64,000 nucleotides of DNA. Source: a virus. The notes under the pieces were generated by a model. That model made no database searches, had not been told where the DNA came from, and saw only the letters and a program-made list of their open reading frames with translations. Location of the stretch: the UHGV virus genome UHGV-1550212. One strand, given 5' to 3'. Position numbers and translations under genes: made by a program. This document shows, piece after piece, positions 57,952-64,000 of this stretch (its first letter is position 1; every line of letters begins with the position of its first letter).

Positions 57952-58920
57952 TTAATCAAGCCAATGCAACATATTCTCATCATCAAAACGAGATTCAAGC
58001 TCTGCTGTCGTAATGAATGCAAGTTTGTTCAGCATATACTGCTGCAATTCACGTTTGCGAATTGATTCAAATCTGACAAATGTTTCAGGCACTTCAAGTT
58101 CACCATCAGCATCATATGTTGCAACAGACGTGTCAACATTGATGTTATGAATCTTTTCACATGACACTCTGTACTTTGTCAAGTCAAAGCCTGGCATGCC
58201 ATCATTACGAGGCAGCAAACTCCACATAGCAAAGTTTTCTACAGCTTCAGCAACAAATGCAAGAGCTTCATGCATGTCAACACTATAGTCTTCTATAAGA
58301 TTTGCATACAATGTAGCTACAATGTTTTGGTGTGTTGCAAGGTCAAGCTTATTACTAATTGCATGCTCAAAAATGTCTTTGAAGTTCTCATACATAGTAA
58401 AGTTCTTCAAGACAAGTCGCTGTAATGCTGTGCGATCTTCAAGAGCTGCAAATGCTGCGTCATCATGCATTGCAGAAGCTGCTGCTTGCTGAGCATTCAG
58501 TACAACTGACACATCATGAATGACAAATTTTGAGTCAATCAATACTGACACTGCAATAAATGGTGCAACAGACTTTGAGTCTTTTTGAGCAAAGTCAATC
58601 TTAATGTGAAATGAATTGCCTTGTCGTGATTGCACTGAATGATAAATGTCGTAGTCGTTGACATACAGCTTAAAGTGCTGCTTGATTGCATCATTGACTG
58701 CATTGATGCCCGCATCATAAATGTTGCCAATCACTTCAAGTGCACGAGTGTTAAGCGTATGTGCAAGAAATGCTACGTTTTGATAGTTGACGAGTTTGTG
58801 AGACAAGTCAGTCGTGCTGTTAAGTTGTCTCATCAAATCATGCAGTGCATCGTATGACAATTTGATGTCATCTAATGTGTTGCACTCATGTATTGCGTTA
58901 ATTTGCTGTGCCAGAGTCAT
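57952..58920 (-). CDS. hypothetical protein (322 aa)
   Basis: Long ATG ORF. Confidence 0.7.
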   Translation of the reverse strand: MTLAQQINAIHECNTLDDIKLSYDALHDLMRQLNSTTDLSHKLVNYQNVAFLAHTLNTRALEVIGNIYDAGINAVNDAIKQHFKLYVNDYDIYHSVQSRQGNSFHIKIDFAQKDSKSVAPFIAVSVLIDSKFVIHDVSVVLNAQQAAASAMHDDAAFAALEDRTALQRLVLKNFTMYENFKDIFEHAISNKLDLATHQNIVATLYANLIEDYSVDMHEALAFVAEAVENFAMWSLLPRNDGMPGFDLTKYRVSCEKIHNINVDTSVATYDADGELEVPETFVRFESIRKRELQQYMLNKLAFITTAELESRFDDENMLHWLD

Positions 58921-59164
58921 TTTGTGTATGTTCTTGATTTGCTTGTTCTGCTAAGTTGTTTATGAATGCTTTGAGCAATGTAATGATTGTTGTTAGCAAC
59001 TGAATTTGAAACAATACAATGCTAAACACGACAATTGCTACAACGCAAAATGAAATGAAGAGCATATTGATGTCAAATTTGTTTGCTATCAATGTTTGCA
59101 GCCAAGTTATGACTGCAAACATTGAAATCAGTATGAATGCTTTGTGCTGTGATAACGATTTCAT
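58898..59164 (-). CDS. hypothetical two-TM membrane protein (88 aa)
   Basis: ATG ORF with two hydrophobic helices. It overlaps both neighbours. Confidence 0.5.
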   Translation of the reverse strand: MKSLSQHKAFILISMFAVITWLQTLIANKFDINMLFISFCVVAIVVFSIVLFQIQLLTTIITLLKAFINNLAEQANQEHTQNDSGTAN

Positions 59165-59880
59165 TTGAAATGTGTGGATGTTGGATTAGTGTCGGTCATT
59201 CTAACATGCCAATCATAAATGAACCATCTTGCGAGGTCATCATTTTTGATGTTATGAGTTTTGACATACTGTTCAGGACCTAATGCCTCACCAGTTTCAG
59301 GATTGACTGCGAAATGAGATTCATCTACATTAGTAGACTTGTTTTTGATGTTTGAGATTCGGAGCTTTGTATGCAGTTCAGTGCCATCAGATTGCAGTGT
59401 TTTGACATAGAATGCAGTTTTTGTCGTTGCTTCATTGTCAAGCCATACTCCAAACTTAACTCCGTGCGATTTCCAGTATGCATTGTCAGCATCCCTGATT
59501 GCTTTGAAGTTCGGGTCATCCAACCAAGGTTTGAAGACGTATACAGCATGTTGTTCTTTTCGAGTGATTTCGCCTTTGCCTTCACAAACTGTATGATACA
59601 GCCGCATTGCAGTTTCTTCATCAAAATAGTAAGTCAGATTGCCTGGCTTATCAAATGTGCCAAGCTGTTGACCATCGATTACAAGAATGAATGTGTACCG
59701 CGAATCCTTAAAGAATTCTACTTGTACAGGCTGTTTGTGCTGTTTGCTGTTAAGCAGTCTGTCAATTGTAATGACTGCCCAGTTGGTGCCTGTCTTTGTT
59801 TTGTTGCCGTGAAACAGTTCAGGATATGAAACTGTGTAAGGCAATGCTTTGTACTTCCAATGTTCATTAAAGCTTTTCAT
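59161..59880 (-). CDS. hypothetical protein (239 aa)
   Basis: ATG ORF downstream of the 335-bp regulatory intergenic region. Confidence 0.7.
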   Translation of the reverse strand: MKSFNEHWKYKALPYTVSYPELFHGNKTKTGTNWAVITIDRLLNSKQHKQPVQVEFFKDSRYTFILVIDGQQLGTFDKPGNLTYYFDEETAMRLYHTVCEGKGEITRKEQHAVYVFKPWLDDPNFKAIRDADNAYWKSHGVKFGVWLDNEATTKTAFYVKTLQSDGTELHTKLRISNIKNKSTNVDESHFAVNPETGEALGPEQYVKTHNIKNDDLARWFIYDWHVRMTDTNPTSTHFK

Positions 59881-59946
59881 ATGTAGAGATTTTTGTAGTT
59901 TGTATCAATTGCATTCTATATCAATTGTATCTTGTATCAAATACAT

Positions 59947-59994
59947 TATATTGATATATGATAATTGTACTACAAAAATCCCAAATTTGCACAC
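59947..59994 (-). promoter_or_regulatory. early/middle-type promoter-like motif
   Basis: Minus sense GTGTGCAAATTTGGGATTTTTGTAGTACAATTATCATATATCAATATA. Confidence 0.45.
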
Positions 59995-60037
59995 TTTGAT
60001 AATCAAAAGTGCAAACAAAATTCAAAGTTATATTGTA

Positions 60038-60069
60038 CATCACAAAGTGCAAATTTGCACTTTGTGATG
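60038..60069. repeat. perfect 32-bp palindrome CATCACAAAGTGCAAA|TTTGCACTTTGTGATG
   Basis: Verified base by base. The centre GTGCAAATTTGCAC is made of two inverted GTGCAAA boxes. Confidence 0.95.
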
Positions 60070-60167
60070 TTAAAATGCCCCATTGTACAATATTTTGTGC
60101 TATTTTGCACAAAGCAGCATGTTAAAATGTAACCATTTATAACGCTGCAAAATGTCTGCATAAAATA

Positions 60168-60191
60168 AGCAGCTTAGCAATCTAAGCTGCT
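60168..60191 (-). terminator. rho-independent terminator after the membrane-protein gene
   Basis: 10-bp stem AGCAGCTTAG/CTAAGCTGCT followed by UAUUUUAU. Confidence 0.65.
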
Positions 60192-60215
60192 GTCATTGTA
60201 TGCATGCAGTCACTG

Positions 60216-60701
60216 TCATTTGTAGTGCTCAGTTATGTATGCTGAGCATAGCAATACAACTGATATGCAAATGACAATGTATGTTGGTGTAATCAGTGTC
60301 ACATTAAATAGCAATGCAGTCAATGCGCATACTGTTACTGATATAAGTGTTGAAATGAATACTGCATATGTACTAAACTTGCTTTTGAATAGACGCTCAA
60401 TGATGTACGTTGTTACAATAGATAGCAAGACTATGCATACAAATAACAGCAACCAAGTTGAGTTTGACGTTGTCGGCTCTTCAATAAATTGCAATGTTGC
60501 AGATGATACTTCAATGTTGTTTGGCGCTTGTAAAGTGCCACTTGCTGCATCTGCGTACATCACAGTTAAGTAGTGTCGTTGAATTTCTGCTGCGTCTACT
60601 TTATAGATTCTATGCCATGCAACATCTGATATGATGTATGTTGCAGCCATAAATGCAGCAATGCATAGCATATAAGAGCCAAACTTTGCAATCGGTTTCA
60701 T
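60216..60701 (-). CDS. hypothetical multi-pass membrane protein (161 aa)
   Basis: Starts at ATG 60701 (MKPIAKFG...), because earlier tracked codons lie inside the promoter-like motif. Has about 4 hydrophobic helices. Confidence 0.65.
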   Translation of the reverse strand: MKPIAKFGSYMLCIAAFMAATYIISDVAWHRIYKVDAAEIQRHYLTVMYADAASGTLQAPNNIEVSSATLQFIEEPTTSNSTWLLLFVCIVLLSIVTTYIIERLFKSKFSTYAVFISTLISVTVCALTALLFNVTLITPTYIVICISVVLLCSAYITEHYK

Positions 60702-60716
60702 GCAAATATATTTTTG

Positions 60717-60737
60717 TTTGTATATGTACATAAAAGA
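60717..60737 (-). promoter_or_regulatory. late-type promoter-like motif (CTTTTATGTACATATACAAAC)
   Basis: It lies between terminator 60736-60765 and ATG 60701. Confidence 0.4.
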
Positions 60738-61160
60738 GCAAGTTCTCAATGTGGAGAACTTGCTCAGCTGACCTGTTGCCAGGTGAAAGCGTGGTGCAGC
60801 ACCTTGTGCTGCAATGGCTATGCTGCCATCGCCATAACGGGCTGAGCATTGCCCAGCATCATTACACGACCAGCTGCATTAAGCGTACGCTTTGCTTTGT
60901 TGAAAAATTTGCCAGTTATCTGGTATCTGCACATCTATTCAAGCGACCTACTATGCAATCAAATGCCTGTCGAGCCCAATGTTTGAGCAGTTGTTTGTCA
61001 GATGCTCAGCTGACTGCAGTCTTTCTGAGTGTATCAAGTTCAGCGATTCTGCATCTTTGCTAAATGGCAATAGTTCAGGTGGACTCGCCGAGAATCGAAC
61101 TCGGGTCTTACATAGCGCATCCTTGACTTGGTCCTGTAAACAGGGTTGTCAACATGCATT
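60732..61160 (-). ncRNA. ssrA: candidate circularly permuted (two-piece) tmRNA-like gene: acceptor piece about 61160-61078, spacer 61077-60978, coding piece 60977 to about 60736
   Basis: Hand fold. The T-arm CCGAG-UUCGAUU-CUCGG is followed by the 3' acceptor strand CGAGUCC-A-CC (61104-61078). The 5' acceptor strand GGGCUCG (60977-60971) gives 7 bp with G3.U70 and A73. The P2a-like pairing is UUGCAUAG (60958-60951) with CUAUGUAA (61115-61108). An AUG-less frame ends ...GNAQPVMAMAA-UAG (stop at 60818-60820) inside hairpin 60811-60832. The terminator is at 60736-60765. Confidence 0.5.
60736..60765 (-). terminator. rho-independent terminator that ends the tRNA/tmRNA-like transcription unit
   Basis: Perfect 12-bp stem GAGCAAGTTCTC/GAGAACTTGCTC with a 6-nt loop, followed by UUUUAU. 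Confidence 0.8.
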
Positions 61161-61231
61161 GCAATACGACAGGACTCGAACCTGCGACCTCGGATTGGAC
61201 GTCCGCGCTCTTACCGCTGAGCTACGTATTC
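61161..61231 (-). tRNA. atypical tRNA, Gly(UCC)-like
   Basis: Hand-folded 71-nt cloverleaf with D-arm GCUC/GAGC and T-arm GCAGG-UUCGAGU-CCUGU. The anticodon loop is CGUCCAA, which puts G at position 33. There is a G1.G72 mismatch and no clear nucleotide 26. Confidence 0.5.
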
Positions 61232-61321
61232 TTATCAATTGACTGCACTGCAATGCAATCAATCGTGCCAATGATATTTGACGCATAATTGCAGTTATGC
61301 GTAACAATTCAAATGTCATTG

Positions 61322-61394
61322 AGCCAACTGCAGGAGTCGAACCTGTAACCTGCTGATTACAAATCAGCTGCTCTGCCAATTGAGCTAAGTTGGC
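61322..61394 (-). tRNA. tRNA-Thr(UGU)
   Basis: Acceptor GCCAACU/AGUUGGC, anticodon arm GCUGA-UUUGUAA-UCAGC, T-loop UUCGACU. Confidence 0.9.
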
Positions 61395-61396
61395 AT

Positions 61397-61475
61397 AAAG
61401 TCGTTGGGCCATTGCAACCCAAACCTATCATCTTTGTCTAACCAAAGATGCAAGTGTTCTCTTACACCACGACTT
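61397..61475 (-). tRNA. non-canonical tRNA-like gene (identity undetermined)
   Basis: Perfect 7-bp acceptor AAGUCGU/ACGACUU. A single linker nucleotide precedes the D-arm GUGU-AAGAGA-ACAC, which lacks GG. The central stem is 8 bp, CAUCUUUG/CAAAGAUG, with a 6-nt loop GUUAGA. The T-arm is UGGGU-UGCAAUG-GCCCA, lacking U-psi-C. It sits 1-2 nt from canonical tRNAs on both sides. Confidence 0.4.
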
Positions 61476-61476
61476 G

Positions 61477-61548
61477 TAGCCGAACTTGGAGTCGAACCAA
61501 GCTTTCGAGAATGAAAATCTCGCGTCCTAACCGATAGACGAAACGGCC
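61477..61548 (-). tRNA. tRNA-Glu(UUC)
   Basis: Anticodon arm CGAGA-UUUUCAU-UCUCG and T-arm CUUGG-UUCGACU-CCAAG. The acceptor has two U.U mismatches, at 6:67 and 7:66. Confidence 0.75.
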
Positions 61549-61731
61549 AAGAGCAGTTCAAGTCTGCAGCATTGAACTGCGGAAACAATGCCTGTACGGG
61601 CAGCAAATTGTGCAGATACAGCGACATTGCAAAATCACACCGAACCAAGTTTGTGGCTCTTCTGTCTCATAAAAACAAGTAATCATTACACTTGGCACCA
61701 ATGATTCTGATGTAAAAATCGGTGTGTTATG

Positions 61732-61816
61732 CGGAGAGTAAGGGATTCGAACCCCTGGTACGTTGCCGTACAGTGGTTTTCAAGACCACCGCCATCGACC
61801 GCTCGGCCAACTCTCC
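61732..61816 (-). tRNA. tRNA-Ser(UGA)
   Basis: Class II tRNA. Acceptor GGAGAGU/ACUCUCC, anticodon loop CUUGAAA, 16-nt variable arm, T-loop UUCGAAU. Confidence 0.9.
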
Positions 61817-62010
61817 ATAAAACATTGCATAAGCATTCTTATCTCTTGATGAGACCAAGTAGCTAATTTGGCAAGTTTGTTATATCTATCGTGACTGTTG
61901 CAGTTTGTTTGTCACTCAATACACAAAACTTTCGAACATTCATTGACAGCACTGCAATATCGCTTTTTAAGCTTAGCCATCAATGTATTTATGCAATGTA
62001 TAACAATTCG

Positions 62011-62092
62011 TAGCCAAACCGGGACTTGAACCCAGACTCCTAATGGAACAACATTTTGAGTGTTGCGTGTCTACCAATTCCACCATTTGGCC
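62011..62092 (-). tRNA. tRNA-Leu(CAA)
   Basis: Class II tRNA. Anticodon arm CAACA-CUCAAAA-UGUUG, 13-nt variable arm, T-arm CUGGG-UUCAAGU-CCCGG. Confidence 0.9.
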
Positions 62093-62182
62093 ATTTACAA
62101 ATGCAATCTATTTCACAACTGTTTGCATTTGCATTGTTTAACACTAAAAATATGATTCATCTAATCAAAAACCAGAGAATTG

Positions 62183-62256
62183 TAGGGTAGACAGGACTCA
62201 AACCTGCGACCACGTGGTCCCAAACCACGCATTCTAATCAACTGAACTACTACCCT
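62183..62256 (-). tRNA. tRNA-Pro(UGG)
   Basis: Acceptor AGGGUAG/CUACCCU and anticodon arm CGUGG-UUUGGGA-CCACG. The T-loop UUUGAGU is slightly atypical. Confidence 0.85.
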
Positions 62257-62262
62257 AAGTAG

Positions 62263-62334
62263 TTGAACCGTCTGGACTCGAACCAGAAATGGCTGAACCA
62301 AAATCAGCTGTGTTACCGATTACACCACGATTCA
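62263..62334 (-). tRNA. tRNA-Gln(UUG)
   Basis: U1-A72 acceptor UGAAUCG/CGGUUCA, anticodon arm GCUGA-UUUUGGU-UCAGC, T-loop UUCGAGU. Confidence 0.9.
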
Positions 62335-62389
62335 ATCAAATGCAAATCTTTGTAAGGCGTTTGCAATCCTGTAATTTGTTTATGTATTT

Positions 62390-62428
62390 TATAGTGATAT
62401 AATACTACAAACATTTATGATTTGCACC
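62390..62428 (-). promoter_or_regulatory. early/middle-type promoter-like motif upstream of the tRNA array
   Basis: Minus sense GGTGCAAATCATAAATGTTTGTAGTATTATATCACTATA, about 55 nt upstream of the tRNA-Gln 5' end. Confidence 0.45.
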
Positions 62429-62450
62429 ATATACTGTAACTTTGTATCAC

Positions 62451-62813
62451 TTAATTGTACAATATGACTCTGTCTTTAAGTTTGTGCATGTGTAGCACGC
62501 TTGTAATATCTACTGGCAACTTATATGACCCATCAGATATTGCAAATGCAGCAAGTTGCATAATCAAATCTGCATTGTCTGTAAGAACTTCTGCAAATTT
62601 ACTGGCATCACAACATGCATAATACTTGCGAATTGTTGTTGCTTGTTTTTGTATGATGACGCGCACGTAAACAGTTTGAGCAATGATTGCGCGTCGTAAA
62701 TCAACTTTGACAATACACATAGTGTCATCGTGGTCATTTATGACATGTCGCCATACACCGTCATTGCAAATGCCGTGCTGTGCTATAAGTATTTTCGTGA
62801 TATCAGACATCAT
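62451..62813 (-). CDS. hypothetical protein (120 aa)
   Basis: ATG ORF upstream of the tRNA-array promoter-like motif. Confidence 0.6.
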   Translation of the reverse strand: MMSDITKILIAQHGICNDGVWRHVINDHDDTMCIVKVDLRRAIIAQTVYVRVIIQKQATTIRKYYACCDASKFAEVLTDNADLIMQLAAFAISDGSYKLPVDITSVLHMHKLKDRVILYN

Positions 62814-62858
62814 CTCTGTTCAAATATAATTTTTTGATAATAAAATTCCATACAAATA

Positions 62859-63356
62859 TCATTCGATGTTACCAGATAATATCCGAATGGCATCCAATGC
62901 ATTTTCTCGTATTAAGCCAAACTTACCTATAACTTGAACAAAATGTTTGTCATTTTCAAATGTTGAGTCGTCAAGAATGACATATTGTTTGATGTTATGT
63001 TTATCAACAAGCGCAGGCACTGCAGCAAATCTGTCATAAAAGCCCTCAGCATAAATTGATGGCAACAAATAGCCCGGCATATTGCGCTTAAGCCACATTG
63101 TCTTGCAGTCATCAAGAATAGCCCAACTACTTATCAAGCAAATTGCGCCAACATCTGACATCTGACAAATGTATCTCAACCAGCCAACACAACGTTCGTC
63201 AAATAATTGACCAAACTCATCTCTCGACTGCACATCCATGTTTGCACGATGTTTTGACATGTGCAACATATTGAGATTATCTTGGCTATTCAAAACGCCA
63301 TCAATATCCAAGAAAATTACTTTGTCAGGCCAAATCACTTTGCTTGCTGCGTTCAT
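62859..63356 (-). CDS. HAD-superfamily phosphatase-like protein (165 aa)
   Basis: N-terminal VIFLDIDGVLNS, the DxDG nucleophile motif of HAD phosphatases. Confidence 0.7.
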   Translation of the reverse strand: MNAASKVIWPDKVIFLDIDGVLNSQDNLNMLHMSKHRANMDVQSRDEFGQLFDERCVGWLRYICQMSDVGAICLISSWAILDDCKTMWLKRNMPGYLLPSIYAEGFYDRFAAVPALVDKHNIKQYVILDDSTFENDKHFVQVIGKFGLIRENALDAIRILSGNIE

Positions 63357-63951
63357 AACGATGCTTTATTATGTCTTCTATTGTTAGATTGAGCGCAGGC
63401 CACGTGTCAAACACTTTTTGTAATTGCTCATCTGACTTATTAAGAAGCTTCTTATATGTTGTGCTCAATGATTGATAATGAGCGTCAAGAGCTTTGCTGA
63501 TGTGCGCAAGTGGTATTTGCAAATGCACAATACAATGCAGCACAAATGCTTGTTTGCGAAGTCTTTGAACGCCACCATCCAAACGCCAAATTTGCAGCAT
63601 ATTGCATTTTAACGCATCTTCATACAATGACTGCACAACTTGTATGTTATGCTCTGCTGTAGTACGTCTGCTATCGCGTTTTGTTGCTGCAAGCGACCTG
63701 CGTGAATCTGGGCGTTGTCTTGTGTGCTTAATAGTCTGTGCTGTGACATCATTGATATGAATATGAGTTTTCTCAATGTCAATGAATTCAGTACGATGTT
63801 CTTTTGCTGCAGTTTTTCGTCTGCCAAGTACACGTTTGTCATATACTTGTTCTTGCAGTCGTTCAGACAACTCTGCTTGCAAATCTGCGACTTGTTTGCG
63901 CAATATTGCATTTTGCGCAGATTGTTGTGCTGCAATATCTGCAACAGACAT
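63325..63951 (-). CDS. hypothetical basic protein (208 aa)
   Basis: ATG ORF with a 32-nt overlap onto the downstream gene. It is Arg/Lys-rich in the middle. Confidence 0.6.
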   Translation of the reverse strand: MSVADIAAQQSAQNAILRKQVADLQAELSERLQEQVYDKRVLGRRKTAAKEHRTEFIDIEKTHIHINDVTAQTIKHTRQRPDSRRSLAATKRDSRRTTAEHNIQVVQSLYEDALKCNMLQIWRLDGGVQRLRKQAFVLHCIVHLQIPLAHISKALDAHYQSLSTTYKKLLNKSDEQLQKVFDTWPALNLTIEDIIKHRYERSKQSDLA

Positions 63952-64000
63952 AATGTCAAAGACTGTGTTGAGCTGCAGCCATACATTATATGCGCATTCT

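Noticed and set aside
61078-61122. The isolated tRNA 3' half (T-arm plus acceptor) interpreted as an attP core or tRNA-gene remnant of an integrative element.
   Set aside because: No integrase or other lysogeny genes occur in the window. The matching 5' acceptor strand with G3.U70, a P2a-like pairing and a tag-like frame lie just downstream, so the permuted tmRNA reading explains more. A decayed tRNA fragment remains the fallback explanation.
60979-61648. ORFs 60979-61242 (+), 61149-61412 (-) and 61385-61648 (-), and also 60610-60849 (-) and 60749-61063 (+).
   Set aside because: They run straight through hand-folded tRNA genes, the tmRNA-like locus and a terminator hairpin. They are not coding.
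60700-62340. Stop-codon recoding with suppressor tRNAs, as in some gut phages.
   Set aside because: All six canonical tRNAs have sense anticodons, and genes across the window give long uninterrupted ORFs under the standard code. Only the non-canonical element at 61397-61475 is left open, and it is reported separately.
1-64000. Diversity-generating retroelement acting on the fibre or BACON genes.
   Set aside because: No reverse transcriptase ORF is present. I could not see any template/variable repeat pair with A-specific differences in the window.

Overview
This window is a gene-dense segment of a large tailed dsDNA phage genome, coded almost entirely on the minus strand. It is AT-rich, and long ORFs read cleanly under the standard genetic code. 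Layout: (1) 0.1-35.2 kb is a tail, baseplate and fibre module. It holds three BACON-domain proteins (one a 1442-aa repeat giant), a baseplate-J-like protein, a collagen-motif/BACON tail fibre, a 1237-aa tape-measure-like protein and an embedded sigma-70-family sigma factor. (2) 36.65-38.64 kb is the large terminase, the only long plus-strand gene. (3) 38.7-60 kb and 62.4-64 kb form a replication and nucleotide-metabolism module: DHFR, NAD-dependent ligase, FEN/RNase H, RFC-like clamp loader, primase-helicase, topoisomerase II A-type subunit and a HAD phosphatase. (4) 60.7-62.3 kb is a minus-strand tRNA array with 6 canonical tRNAs (Gln, Pro, Leu, Ser, Glu, Thr), one atypical Gly-like tRNA and one clearly non-canonical tRNA-like gene. 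The BACON domains suggest a Bacteroidota host (inference). The most interesting call is at the 3' end of the tRNA array, which hand-folds as a circularly permuted (two-piece) tmRNA-like gene: a T-arm plus 3' acceptor strand lies upstream, a GGGCUCG 5' acceptor strand 100 nt downstream gives G3.U70/A73 alanine identity, and an AUG-less frame ends ...PVMAMAA*. Other notable items are a C10/G9 inverted-repeat-flanked cassette of promoter-like tandem repeats between two divergent fibre-module genes, a G6 tract that separates a good ATG from the body of the next gene, three paralogous freestanding homing-endonuclease-like genes beside core genes, two conserved promoter-like motif classes, and a palindrome-rich regulatory region. 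All RNA folds and motif calls were made by eye, and no searches were run.
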